From contig CALFMK010000001.1 in assembly GCA_937879955.1 (NCBI GenBank), positions 91,504 to 155,503 of the forward strand: a stretch of DNA of 64,000 nt, read 5' to 3'. Shown in pieces: positions 38,485 to 47,274 of this stretch. This DNA comes from an uncultured bacterium (GTDB lineage Bacteria > Patescibacteriota > Minisyncoccia > Phycocordibacterales > Phycocordibacteraceae). The notes beneath the pieces are model-generated. The model saw nothing but the letters and a program-made list of their open reading frames with translations. It did not search any database and was not told where the DNA came from. Position 1 is the first letter of the stretch, and every line of letters starts with the position of its first letter. Made by a program: the position numbers and the translations under genes.

Positions 38485-38991
38485 TTATCGCGTCGTGAGG
38501 TAGGTTCCCGCGAGCGGCGCGAGGAACCACCAGAAGAAGTACTGGTCCGGTGCGAACAAGGCGTCCAAGGATGGCGAGAGCGGGATCACGGCCGCGATGT
38601 TGAGGACGTGGTACCCGAGCGCGAGCACGAACCCGCCTGTCACGAGCGCGAGGATGGCAAGAGCCAGCGGATGGATGCGCATCGTGCCTGCGGACGCCAC
38701 GCGACGGAGCAGGACATACGGGAAGAATGTGAATGCCGCGAAGAGCGCGATGCCGCAGACCGCGCGCACGAGCGGCGTATCCCCTACGATAACCATCTCC
38801 TTGTACGGGAAGACCGTGAAGATGGCGAAGCCCACATAGAGCGAGAGGATGAGCGATATGAGGAGCGAGCGCCCTGCCCGGAGTGCGAAGAAGAACAAGA
38901 GCGCAGCGAGCACGAGCAGCACGAGGAAGTTCCCGACGAAGCCGACGATGTCGCCAAGGCCACCGGTTGTGAACGAATTGAGTGCATCCAT
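38485..38991 (-). CDS. Membrane protein, hypothetical
   Basis: 168 aa with 5 TM segments. A TATACT -10 element sits 8 nt upstream of the ATG with no Shine-Dalgarno sequence, so the transcript is probably leaderless. It lies upstream of the ABC exporter. Confidence 0.55.
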   Translation of the reverse strand: MDALNSFTTGGLGDIVGFVGNFLVLLVLAALLFFFALRAGRSLLISLILSLYVGFAIFTVFPYKEMVIVGDTPLVRAVCGIALFAAFTFFPYVLLRRVASAGTMRIHPLALAILALVTGGFVLALGYHVLNIAAVIPLSPSLDALFAPDQYFFWWFLAPLAGTYLTTR

Positions 38992-39036
38992 ATCTGACAG
39001 TATACCCCTCGTACCGTATCAATTCATAAAAATGTT

Positions 39037-39056
39037 CCCCGCCATCTCTGGCGGGG
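39037..39056. repeat. GC-rich hairpin (TTCCCCGCC...GGCGGGG), the left flank of the mazF-like gene
   Basis: CCCCGCCA-TCTC-TGGCGGGG. It is similar to the hairpin on the other side of the gene. Confidence 0.45.
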
Positions 39057-39171
39057 CCGCGGCGAGTGCCGAAAGGCAGGGCTTGGTACACACGTGCCCT
39101 GCACATAAATACTATCATTCCTTTAGGGAAATTTCAGGATATGCCTACGTTGCAAACGCTACTATCGCCTC

Positions 39172-39579
39172 ATGCAGCAGAAGGATTATGCGCTCTGGCA
39201 TCCCATAAAAGTACGACTGAACGCGATCCCGGGATCAGTATTCTTCCATGAGCGAGAGGTCTGGTGGTGTGCAATCGGAGAGAACGTGGGATTTGAACAG
39301 GACGGTACGAGTCCATTATTTACCCGACCAGTTCTTATCTTGAAGAAGTTCAGCGCTGACACCTGTCTCATCGTGCCTCTCACGACGAAAGCCAAGAAGG
39401 GAAAACACTACTTCCCTCTCGGAGTGGTCGCTCGATCAGAGGCGGTAGCTCTCTTATCTCAGATACGTTCAATCGATAGGAGGCGCCTTACGAGCAAGCT
39501 CGCTACGGTCGATAAGGATACTTTCCAGATGCTTGTGAAGGCGATAATTGCGACATGTCTGCCATCACTGGATACATAA
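39172..39579 (+). CDS. MazF/PemK/EndoA-family endoribonuclease toxin-like protein, solitary
   Basis: 135 aa. The sequence G.EQDG..RPVLIL...T.IVPLTT.AKK...FPL....S.ALLSQIRSIDRRRLTSKLATVDKDTF aligns with B. subtilis EndoA (YdcE). It is about 48% GC against about 65% for the neighbours. No antitoxin ORF is apparent. Confidence 0.6.
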   Translation: MQQKDYALWHPIKVRLNAIPGSVFFHEREVWWCAIGENVGFEQDGTSPLFTRPVLILKKFSADTCLIVPLTTKAKKGKHYFPLGVVARSEAVALLSQIRSIDRRRLTSKLATVDKDTFQMLVKAIIATCLPSLDT

Positions 39580-39586
39580 ACGTTTT

Positions 39587-39609
39587 CCCCCGCCCTTTCG
39601 GGGCGGGGG
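39587..39609. repeat. GC-rich hairpin (TTTTCCCCCGCCC...GGGCGGGGG), the right flank of the mazF-like gene
   Basis: CCCCCGCCC-TTTCG-GGGCGGGGG. This is the same core as the left-flank hairpin. Confidence 0.45.
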
Positions 39610-39682
39610 CAGGCCGAAGCCATTACACGTACTCTAGCAAGACCAAGGCGCTAGTCAACCAAAGGTTTGTGGAAAGCGTTAT

Positions 39683-40756
39683 CTAAAGTCCTTCTGCCTT
39701 CAGCTCCTCGATCGCCTTCTTCGCCTTCCCTGAGATCTTCTTCGGGAGCGTCGCGACGAGACGGATGAGGAGGTCGCCTTCGTTCCCGTCGACGGAGACG
39801 CCCTTGTTCTTCAGGCGGAGCGTCTGCTGCGCCTCGTTCATGGCCGGGATCTTAACCTCGAGCTTCTTGCCGTCCACGGTCTCGATGGTGGCGGTGGTAC
39901 CAAGGAGCGCATCTGTGAGCTTCATTGGCATCGTCATGACGAGGTTCATGCCCTCCTTCTTGAAGACCGGATGCGGCTTCACATGGACCTTGATGTAGAG
40001 GTCGCCGGACGCGCCTCCCTTCACGGCTTCGCCACGGCCCGTCATGCGCATCATTACGCCGTCGTCGATTCCCTTCGGGATCGTAATCTTGATCTCCTCC
40101 TCCTTGCGGAGCACGCCGTGCCCGGAGCAGGTCGGGCACTTCTCCTTTGGGATCTTGCCGGACCCTTCGCAGGTCTGGCAGGTGCGGACGCTCGTGAAGC
40201 TTCCGAGCGGCGAGTTGCGCGTCTCGTGCAGCTTGCCCTGGCCGTTGCAGGTCTTGCAGGTTTCCATCGCGGTGCCCGGCTTCGCGCCCGAGCCTTCGCA
40301 GGTGTCGCAGGTTCCGGTCTTCGTTATGAGGACGGAACGGTCGCCGCCGAGGATGGATTCCTTGAAGGAGACCTCGATGTCGATGGAGATGTCGCGGCCG
40401 CGCTTCGCCTGCTGGCGGCGTCCGCCTCCGAATATGTCCCCGAAGCCCTCGAAGAGGTCGTTCAGGTCGAACTCCACGCCGCCGTTGCCGAATCCGCCGT
40501 ACTGCGACGGGTCGAACCCGCCGAAGCCGCCCGCGCCTGGACCGCCGCCGTTGAAGGTCTGTCCGTACGAGTCGTACTCGCGGCGCTTCTTCTCGTCCGA
40601 GAGCGTGCTGTATGCCTCCGTTATCTCCTTGAACTTCGCCTCGTCGCCGCCCTTGTCGGGGTGGTGCTTCTGCGCGAGCTTGCGGAACGCCTTCTTCACG
40701 TCGTCCTGCGTCGCCTTCTTGTCTACACCCAGGATGTCGTAATAGTTCTTCGCCAT
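39683..40756 (-). CDS. dnaJ: Chaperone DnaJ
   Basis: The internal start is MAKNYYDILGV. It has a J-domain with HPD, a G/F region, four CxxCxGxG zinc-finger repeats and a C-terminal domain. The tracked 503-aa ORF has a 146-aa artefactual extension. Confidence 0.95.
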   Translation of the reverse strand: MAKNYYDILGVDKKATQDDVKKAFRKLAQKHHPDKGGDEAKFKEITEAYSTLSDEKKRREYDSYGQTFNGGGPGAGGFGGFDPSQYGGFGNGGVEFDLNDLFEGFGDIFGGGRRQQAKRGRDISIDIEVSFKESILGGDRSVLITKTGTCDTCEGSGAKPGTAMETCKTCNGQGKLHETRNSPLGSFTSVRTCQTCEGSGKIPKEKCPTCSGHGVLRKEEEIKITIPKGIDDGVMMRMTGRGEAVKGGASGDLYIKVHVKPHPVFKKEGMNLVMTMPMKLTDALLGTTATIETVDGKKLEVKIPAMNEAQQTLRLKNKGVSVDGNEGDLLIRLVATLPKKISGKAKKAIEELKAEGL

Positions 40757-40857
40757 GCATGCACTATACACCGCGTGATTTTCCGTCGCAAAAACCGTAC
40801 GAAATGAGAAAGGGCGACCGACATGATGTCGATCGCCCTTGGTGTGCCGTGACGCCT

Positions 40858-41385
40858 CTAGCAGGCGCCGCGACGGTCCATGGTGTATTGCGCGTTGAAG
40901 CATCGGCCGAACAGGTCCCAGTACTCGCCTGCCGGACGTGCGATCCAGAGGTAGCGGCCGAGCCTGCTGATGTAGCCCACGTTCACCTCGCTCCGCTCCC
41001 GGTACCCGTAGGTCGGCGCGATGCGGTAGTACCGGCACTGGCCGGGAGTCTGCGGGCAGTTGACCCGGTCGTTCGGCGCGACAGCCACGAAGCCGCCGAT
41101 GCAGGACGATTCCCCTCTGGTGTTGATGGGACAGTGCCTGAAGACGATGCTTTCCCAGACGGTCTGCGGGCTGGCGATCGTGTTCGCCGGGCACTCGGGC
41201 CTGCCGGTGTATTTGTTGACAAGGACTGAATTGCAGCCGCCCGGACCTGACATGTTCTGCGTGGTCTGGATGGTCGTGCCGTTGAGCTTGAACTCATAGC
41301 CGCGCGCCTGGGCGCTTGTGACGGCCGGCGCAAGCATAGCGCAGGCGACAGCGAGGCCAAGCAGAGCCTTGACGGTGTTGCGCAT
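40858..41385 (-). CDS. Secreted cysteine-rich hypothetical protein inserted between dnaK and dnaJ
   Basis: The internal start MRNTVKALLGLAVACAMLAPAVTSAQA is a signal peptide. The mature protein of about 150 aa has 10 Cys. The GC content is native. Confidence 0.55.
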   Translation of the reverse strand: MRNTVKALLGLAVACAMLAPAVTSAQARGYEFKLNGTTIQTTQNMSGPGGCNSVLVNKYTGRPECPANTIASPQTVWESIVFRHCPINTRGESSCIGGFVAVAPNDRVNCPQTPGQCRYYRIAPTYGYRERSEVNVGYISRLGRYLWIARPAGEYWDLFGRCFNAQYTMDRRGAC

Positions 41386-41512
41386 GGAAAGATCTCCGAA
41401 TTCCGGTGTCCCGAAGGACGCGAATTGACGTTGGAGATATAATATACCATAACTATGCAAAAGTCAATGGCCGGAGCGGGTGCTCCGGCCATTAATCTAT
41501 ATTCAAGAAACC

Positions 41513-43405
41513 TTATTCCTTCGGCTTTTCCTCGCTGAACTCGGCGTCGGTGGCGGCCTCAGGAGGCGTGTCGGTGCCCTGAGCCTCTCCCCCCGCCGGC
41601 TGCTCCTTCATCATGGCCTCGCCGATCTTCGAGAGCGAGGTGGAAAGCGCCTCGGACGCGGTCTTGATAGCATCCAGATCCTCTCCTTCGCGCGCGGTGC
41701 GCAGCAGGGCGATCTTCTCGTTCACTTCCGTGACGACGTCTGCCGGCGCCTTCTCGCCCGCATCCTTGATGGACTTCTCCGCGGTATAGATGAGCTGCTC
41801 CGCGAGGTTCTTCGCCTCAACGAGCTCCTTGCGCTTCGCGTCCTCGCCGGCATGCGCCTCGGCGTCCGCCTTCATCTTCTCGATGTCGGCCTCTGAGAGT
41901 CCGGTAGAGCCCTCGATGCGGATGGACTGCTCCTTGCCGGTGGTCTTCTCCACCGCCTTCACGGTGAGGATGCCGTTCGTGTCGAGATCGAAGGAGACCT
42001 CGACCTGCGGGAGTCCGCGAGGCGCCGGCGGAATGCCGTCGAGGTTGAAGCGGCCGAGCGACTTGTTGTCCGCAGCCATGGCGCGCTCGCCCTGCACTAC
42101 GTGGATCTCTACCGAGGTCTGGTTGTCGGATGCGGTCGAGAACACCTGGGAGCGCGAGGTAGGCACCGCGGTGTTGCGCTCGATGAGCTTGGTCGCCACG
42201 CCGCCCATGGTCTCGATGGAGAGCGAGAGCGGGATGACGTCGACGAGGAGGATGTCCTTCACGTCGCCCTGGAGGATGCCGGCCTGGATGGCAGCGCCGA
42301 TGGCGACCACCTCGTCCGGATTCACGTCGCGGTGCGGCTTCTTGCCGAAGAGCTTCTCCACCTCGTCCTGGATCTTCGGCATGCGGGTCTGTCCGCCCAC
42401 GAGGATGACCTCGCTCACCTCGCCGGCCTTGATGCCGGACGCCTCGAGCGCGCGCTTGGTGATGTCGATGGAGCGGGTGATGTACTCGTCCGCGAGCGAC
42501 TCGAGCGTCGCGCGGGAGAGCTTCACGAGGAGGTGCTGCGGGTTGCCGTCAGCGCCCACGGTGATGAACGGGATGTTCACCTCGGTCTCGGCTGCTGTCG
42601 AGAGCTCGTGCTTCGCCTTCTCGGCGCCCTCGTCGAGACGCTGGAGCGCGAGCGGGTCCTTCGTGACGTCGATGCCGGACTCCTTCTTGAACTCCTCCGC
42701 GAGGTAGCGGACGATCTTCTGGTCAATATCGCGTCCGCCCATGTGGCTGTCGCCGTCCGTGGACTTCACCTCGATCACGTCGTCACCCACCTCGAGCACG
42801 GACACGTCGAAGGTTCCTCCGCCGAAGTCATACACGACGATCTTCTCCTCCTTCTTCTTATTGAAGCCGTACGCGAGCGCCGCCGCCGTCGGCTCGTTGA
42901 TGATGCGGAGCACCTCGAGGCCCGCGACCTGGCCGGCCGCCTTCGTGGCTGCGCGCTGCGCATCGTCGAAGTACGCCGGTACCGTGATCACGGCCTGCGT
43001 GATGGTCTCGCCGAGCTTCTTCTCGGCGTCAGCCTTCAGCTTCGAGAGGATCATCGCGGAGACCTCCTCAGGACGGAAGTCCTTGTCGCCGAGATGCACC
43101 TCCACGCCGCCGCTCTGCCCTGCCTTGATCTCGTACGGGACGACATCCTTGTCCTTCTGCACCACCTCGTCCTTGAACGAGTGGCCCATGAAGCGCTTGA
43201 TGCCGTAGATGGTGTTCTTCGGGTTCGTCACCGCCTGGCGCTTCGCGAGCGTGCCGACGAGGCGCTCGCCGTTCTTCGCGATCGCTACCACCGACGGGGT
43301 CGTGCGCGTGCCTTCCGCGTTCTCGAGGACGCGCGGCTCGCCGCCCTCCATGATGGCCATGGCCGAGTTCGTGGTTCCGAGGTCGATACCGAGGATCTTT
43401 CCCAT
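41513..43405 (-). CDS. dnaK: Chaperone DnaK (Hsp70)
   Basis: 630 aa. Hsp70 signatures are present ([16 protein letters not shown], the VxxGGxxRxPxV region). Confidence 0.97.
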   Translation of the reverse strand: MGKILGIDLGTTNSAMAIMEGGEPRVLENAEGTRTTPSVVAIAKNGERLVGTLAKRQAVTNPKNTIYGIKRFMGHSFKDEVVQKDKDVVPYEIKAGQSGGVEVHLGDKDFRPEEVSAMILSKLKADAEKKLGETITQAVITVPAYFDDAQRAATKAAGQVAGLEVLRIINEPTAAALAYGFNKKKEEKIVVYDFGGGTFDVSVLEVGDDVIEVKSTDGDSHMGGRDIDQKIVRYLAEEFKKESGIDVTKDPLALQRLDEGAEKAKHELSTAAETEVNIPFITVGADGNPQHLLVKLSRATLESLADEYITRSIDITKRALEASGIKAGEVSEVILVGGQTRMPKIQDEVEKLFGKKPHRDVNPDEVVAIGAAIQAGILQGDVKDILLVDVIPLSLSIETMGGVATKLIERNTAVPTSRSQVFSTASDNQTSVEIHVVQGERAMAADNKSLGRFNLDGIPPAPRGLPQVEVSFDLDTNGILTVKAVEKTTGKEQSIRIEGSTGLSEADIEKMKADAEAHAGEDAKRKELVEAKNLAEQLIYTAEKSIKDAGEKAPADVVTEVNEKIALLRTAREGEDLDAIKTASEALSTSLSKIGEAMMKEQPAGGEAQGTDTPPEAATDAEFSEEKPKE

Positions 43406-43492
43406 AGTGTGAATATGCTAGTTGGATAACGGCTCCCTATAAAATCGCCCTAGTACCCTATATTTTACGCTTCCCGCGCCCGGGTTCAAGCC

Positions 43493-44047
43493 CTATGCGC
43501 CGAAGCTCCCGACGCGCACCTTGGCCGGACGGACCACGAGGTCTCCGGCCTTCCATCCCGCCTCGAGGACGGCCGTGACCGTCTCGTCCTTCTCGGGCGC
43601 GTCCACCGGATCCTGTCCGAGGGCCTCATGGAGCGCAGGATCGAACGCTTCGCCTACGGCACCGAACTGCGCCAGGCCCAGGCTCCCGGCCGCGTCATGG
43701 AGCTGCTTCGCGATCGCCTGGAACGAGGCAGGGATCTCGCCTGCCTGCTCCGCGCGCGCGAGCGAGTCCATTGCGGTGATGAACGCGCGGGATGCCTTCA
43801 GGGTCCCGAGCTTCATGGCGTCCGCACGCTCCTCCTCGAAGCGCTTGAGCGCGTTCACGTAGTCAGCCTTCGCGCGCTGCCAGCCGTCGAGATTATCCTT
43901 GCTCTCCTGCTTAGCGCTCGCCAATTCTGCGCGCATCTTCGCGAGCTTAGTATCCGTGCGGGACTCCTGCTCCTCGAGCTCCGTCTCGCTCATCCCGTCC
44001 TCTTCGGCGCCGTCGCGCTCTACGATAAGGTCTTCATCCATATACAT
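43493..44047 (-). CDS. grpE: Nucleotide exchange factor GrpE
   Basis: 184 aa. An acidic N-terminus and coiled-coil are followed by the GrpE core (GWQRAKADYVNALKR...). Confidence 0.85.
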   Translation of the reverse strand: MYMDEDLIVERDGAEEDGMSETELEEQESRTDTKLAKMRAELASAKQESKDNLDGWQRAKADYVNALKRFEEERADAMKLGTLKASRAFITAMDSLARAEQAGEIPASFQAIAKQLHDAAGSLGLAQFGAVGEAFDPALHEALGQDPVDAPEKDETVTAVLEAGWKAGDLVVRPAKVRVGSFGA

Positions 44048-44092
44048 AGACTATGCCTGAAGCGGAGTTGCCAGTCAAAAGCTCTGGCTCCG

Positions 44093-44596
44093 CTACGGGG
44101 TGATATTGCACCTCGTGACCTTCGCGGTCACATACTGCGACCCTGCATTCTTGGTACCAATCGGGCACGTAGTATCCCCTTCGAGTATCATGATGATCTC
44201 GTATCCGCTCGCGCTCGTGTGATACATGGGGCCGTAGGTCCTGTCGGACGGCCCGGGTATCCTCGTGACGTCAATGAATGGGGCGAGCGCATTCCGGAGC
44301 GTGATAGAAGCGGAAGTTGACTCCGTGTAGGTCGCATCCCAGCAGAGACCGCCTGGAAAGCCGGTTCCTATACAGGCCCATGCTGCGTTACCTGGATAGT
44401 TCCCGGTGTCGGAATGATAGATCGCGAGCGCCTTCTGGTACTCCCGGATCTGCGCGACGTAGCTCGTGTTGCGACTGCGCTCGCGTGCCGTATTCAAGGA
44501 TGCGAGCACGACGGCGGAGAGTATGCCGATGATCGCGATTACCACCAGTAGCTCGATCAAGGTGAAGCCGGCGGGATTCTTGGCGCGGTATCGCAT
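44093..44596 (-). CDS. Type IV pilin-like protein, paralog A
   Basis: 167 aa reading AGFTLIELLVVIAIIGILSAVVLASLNTARERSRNTSYVAQIREYQKAL.... It is about 70% identical to the paralogs at 44654 and 45702. Confidence 0.85.
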   Translation of the reverse strand: MRYRAKNPAGFTLIELLVVIAIIGILSAVVLASLNTARERSRNTSYVAQIREYQKALAIYHSDTGNYPGNAAWACIGTGFPGGLCWDATYTESTSASITLRNALAPFIDVTRIPGPSDRTYGPMYHTSASGYEIIMILEGDTTCPIGTKNAGSQYVTAKVTRCNITP

Positions 44597-44653
44597 GTCA
44601 ATAGAGATTATGTATCGAAATGCTTGCTAAGGATACCTGCCGGACTGGGCTGA

Positions 44654-45163
44654 TCAGAGTCCCTGGTTGTATACGCTGCAGCGGGTAATGTTCCGTTCCG
44701 AATACTGGCTTGCTGTTACTTTCGTACCGATGGGACATGGTACCTCGCCTTCGAGTATGAGTATCATGTCGTACCCGCTCCCATTCGTATGGTACATGGA
44801 GCCATAGTAGCGGTCCGTCGGACCAGCGACTCTCGTGGCATCCATGTACGGAGAGACGGCGTTCCGAAACGCTATGGCCGTTCCGTTCGTCTCGTTGTAT
44901 GACGCATTATCCCAGCACATGCCCCCAGGGTGTCCGATGCCGAGGCATGCCCACGTGGCATTCCCTGGATAGCTTCCTTGTGCACTGAAATGCAATGCAA
45001 GCGCTTTCTGATATTCCTTCATCTGTGCGACGTAGCTCGCATTACGAGCCTTCTCGCGGGCGGTATTGAGCGACGCGAGCACCACAACACTGAGGATGCC
45101 GATGATGGCGATCACGACGAGGAGCTCGATGAGCGTGAAGCCGCGGGTTTCCTTCATGCGCAT
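44654..45163 (-). CDS. Type IV pilin-like protein, paralog B
   Basis: 169 aa reading RGFTLIELLVVIAIIGILSVVVLASLNTAREKARNASYVAQMKEYQKAL.... The ...CPIGTK... C-terminal segment is conserved. Confidence 0.85.
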   Translation of the reverse strand: MRMKETRGFTLIELLVVIAIIGILSVVVLASLNTAREKARNASYVAQMKEYQKALALHFSAQGSYPGNATWACLGIGHPGGMCWDNASYNETNGTAIAFRNAVSPYMDATRVAGPTDRYYGSMYHTNGSGYDMILILEGEVPCPIGTKVTASQYSERNITRCSVYNQGL

Positions 45164-45165
45164 AT

Positions 45166-45636
45166 CTAGCAGTTTATCGCGGTGTCGCCGTTCTTAAGAC
45201 GATACAAGCCTCCTCGTTCGAGATTGACCCGGAGACAGTAGTCGGCCCCTGACACCTGCGGCTCGTACGTGTAGTAATACGTCGTGTTGTTGACCGGGTC
45301 GACCGGAAGGTCCGGAATATACGTAGGCACGAGCGCCGCATGGATAAAAGATGCCGGGTCCCAGTCGGTTCCGGTGAGGGCAGTGCACGCGCCACCTGAG
45401 CTCCCGAGACTGGAATCGCAAGAGGTCTCGCCAGGATACTGCCCGGTGGCGAGATAGTAGACTTCGAGCGCCTTCGATATCTGCAGCAGGTCAGACTTCC
45501 GCTTCGCGTCGCGCGCGCCCATCCTCGCCGTATTCAAGGACGCGAGCACCACCGCGGACAGGATACCGATGATCGCAATCACGACGAGGAGCTCGATGAG
45601 GGTGAAGCCGCTGCGCGCACGAGGACGGTACTGCAT
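45166..45636 (-). CDS. Type IV pilin-like protein with a divergent C-terminal domain
   Basis: 156 aa reading SGFTLIELLVVIAIIGILSAVVLASLNTARMGARDAKRKSDLLQISKALEVYY.... It lies 2 nt from the neighbouring pilin gene. Confidence 0.85.
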   Translation of the reverse strand: MQYRPRARSGFTLIELLVVIAIIGILSAVVLASLNTARMGARDAKRKSDLLQISKALEVYYLATGQYPGETSCDSSLGSSGGACTALTGTDWDPASFIHAALVPTYIPDLPVDPVNNTTYYYTYEPQVSGADYCLRVNLERGGLYRLKNGDTAINC

Positions 45637-45701
45637 TCATTAAGAATATTAAGAAATGTCGCTATCTCCAAATAACAACTTCCCTTAGGACAGGCTTCGG
45701 C

Positions 45702-46223
45702 CTAGAGTCCCTGAGAGGTTATGTTGCAGCGAGTGAGGTTCTGCGAAGCGGCGCCGGCATCCACGATCTTCGTTCCGATCGGGCACGTAACGTCACCCTC
45801 GAGCATGAGTATGAACTCGTACCCGCTGCCGGCTGGCCGGTACATGGGTCCGTATACCCGGTCCGTAGGACCCGGCACCTTGCTCGCGTCTATGTAGGGC
45901 GAGACCGCTGCGCGGAACGCAACGGCTGTCGTGTTCGACTCGTTGTATCCGGCGCTGTTCCAGCATACGCCTCCCGGATAGCCGGTGCCGACGCAGCCCC
46001 AGGTGCTGTTGCCCGGGTAGCTGCCCTGGGCGCTGTAATGGAGCGCGAGCGCCTTCTGGTACTCCCTGATCTGCGCGACGTAGCTCGTGTTGCGGCTGCG
46101 CTCGCGCGCGGTATTCAACGACGCGAGCACCACCGCGGACAGGATGCCGATGATGGCGATCACGACGAGGAGCTCGATGAGCGTGAAGCCGCGTGGCGTT
46201 TCGGAGTTCAGGTTCCTTAGCAT
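45702..46223 (-). CDS. Type IV pilin-like protein, paralog C
   Basis: 173 aa reading RGFTLIELLVVIAIIGILSAVVLASLNTARERSRNTSYVAQIREYQKALALHY.... The N-terminal half is near-identical to paralog A. Confidence 0.85.
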   Translation of the reverse strand: MLRNLNSETPRGFTLIELLVVIAIIGILSAVVLASLNTARERSRNTSYVAQIREYQKALALHYSAQGSYPGNSTWGCVGTGYPGGVCWNSAGYNESNTTAVAFRAAVSPYIDASKVPGPTDRVYGPMYRPAGSGYEFILMLEGDVTCPIGTKIVDAGAASQNLTRCNITSQGL

Positions 46224-46239
46224 CGCCTAATGATAGCAG

Positions 46240-46761
46240 CTAGAGACCCTGTCCCTTCGATGCCTGGCTCGCGCGCTGGATAAGCTCGTCACGGAGCGCT
46301 TCGGCATCCGCTTTCGCGAGTCCTGGAAGCCTGCCTTCGGCGCCAGCGCCTGCCATGCCATAGCGGGAGAACGACGCGCTCGTGCCCGCGGTCTGGATCA
46401 TGAGGTCAGAGAGTCCGAGGAGCCGCGCGAGGATGCCGCGGTCTATGTCGACGTTCTGGATGCGGGTGTACGGTATCGTGACGTACTTCTTGTAGATCAC
46501 GCCGGACTCCTTCCGGAAGCCGAGCTCCGTGAGCTCGTACTTGAAGAACCGGTACGAGAGTACGGACCAGCCGTACGAGAGGAATGCGAACGCGATGAGC
46601 GCGACGACGCACCAGCCGATTACCTCTCCGAGATCGAGGAATCCTGTCTCGTCTACCGCTATTGAGATAACGGCAAGTGCGATCACGAACGAGAGCCACA
46701 GCACGTGCACGAGCGAGCCCGCGAAGAACAGCCAGACTGCCTTTGGATCGAGGTTTTTCAT
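46240..46761 (-). CDS. Bacterial PH-domain (bPH_2, YdbS/YdbT-like) membrane protein
   Basis: 173 aa. Two TM helices are followed by a bPH_2-like region (YRFFKYELTELGFRKESGVIYKKYVTIPYTRIQNVDIDRGILARLLGLSDL). Confidence 0.65.
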   Translation of the reverse strand: MKNLDPKAVWLFFAGSLVHVLWLSFVIALAVISIAVDETGFLDLGEVIGWCVVALIAFAFLSYGWSVLSYRFFKYELTELGFRKESGVIYKKYVTIPYTRIQNVDIDRGILARLLGLSDLMIQTAGTSASFSRYGMAGAGAEGRLPGLAKADAEALRDELIQRASQASKGQGL

Positions 46762-46779
46762 AGCATCCGTCCTAATAGC

Positions 46780-47172
46780 TTATTCCGTGGTATCGCCGAC
46801 GAACTCCTCATCGTCCTTCTCTGCGTCCGCCTTCGTGGCATGCACGACGCCGTCCTCGTGATGCGGAGTGGCGTAGATCGTATAAAGCTTCAACGGCTCG
46901 GAGCCGGTGTTCACGATATTGTGCTCGGTACCTGCCGGGATCACGGTAGCCGAGTCGGTCGCAAGGGCATGCTCCTCTCCGTCGAGGATCGCCTTTCCGC
47001 TCCCTGCTTCCACACGGATGAACTGGTCCTGTCCGTGGATCTCCTTTCCGATGTCGTCGCCGGGCTCGATGCTCATGACGACGAGCTGCATGTACGACGC
47101 CGTGTAGAGGACCTTGCGGAAGTTCTCGTTGTCCAGGGTCTCCTTCTCGATGTCTGTGACGAATCCTTTCAT
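46780..47172 (-). CDS. Cupin-domain protein
   Basis: 130 aa with a cupin_2 beta-barrel motif pattern (G.EIHGQDQFIRVEAGSGKAILDGEEH...IPAGTEHNIVNTG). Confidence 0.7.
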   Translation of the reverse strand: MKGFVTDIEKETLDNENFRKVLYTASYMQLVVMSIEPGDDIGKEIHGQDQFIRVEAGSGKAILDGEEHALATDSATVIPAGTEHNIVNTGSEPLKLYTIYATPHHEDGVVHATKADAEKDDEEFVGDTTE

Positions 47173-47239
47173 AGGCAGGTGGTTAGCTGATGATCACATG
47201 ATACCCCATGCCCGGTACGGGAAGGATGAAGCAAAGACA

Positions 47240-47266
47240 AAACCCGGCTTCCGCCGGGTTTTGTCG
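47240..47266. terminator. Bidirectional intrinsic terminator at the end of the ribosomal/rpoA operon
   Basis: AAAACCCGGC-TTCC-GCCGGGTTTTGTC. It lies 9 nt downstream of the rpsI stop. Confidence 0.6.
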
Positions 47267-47274
47267 TATCGAAT

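Noticed and set aside
43406-43492. A tRNA-like GGTTCAAGCCC fragment upstream of dnaK
   Set aside because: No acceptor, D or anticodon stems can be formed around it. This is a chance T-loop-like hexamer, not a tRNA.
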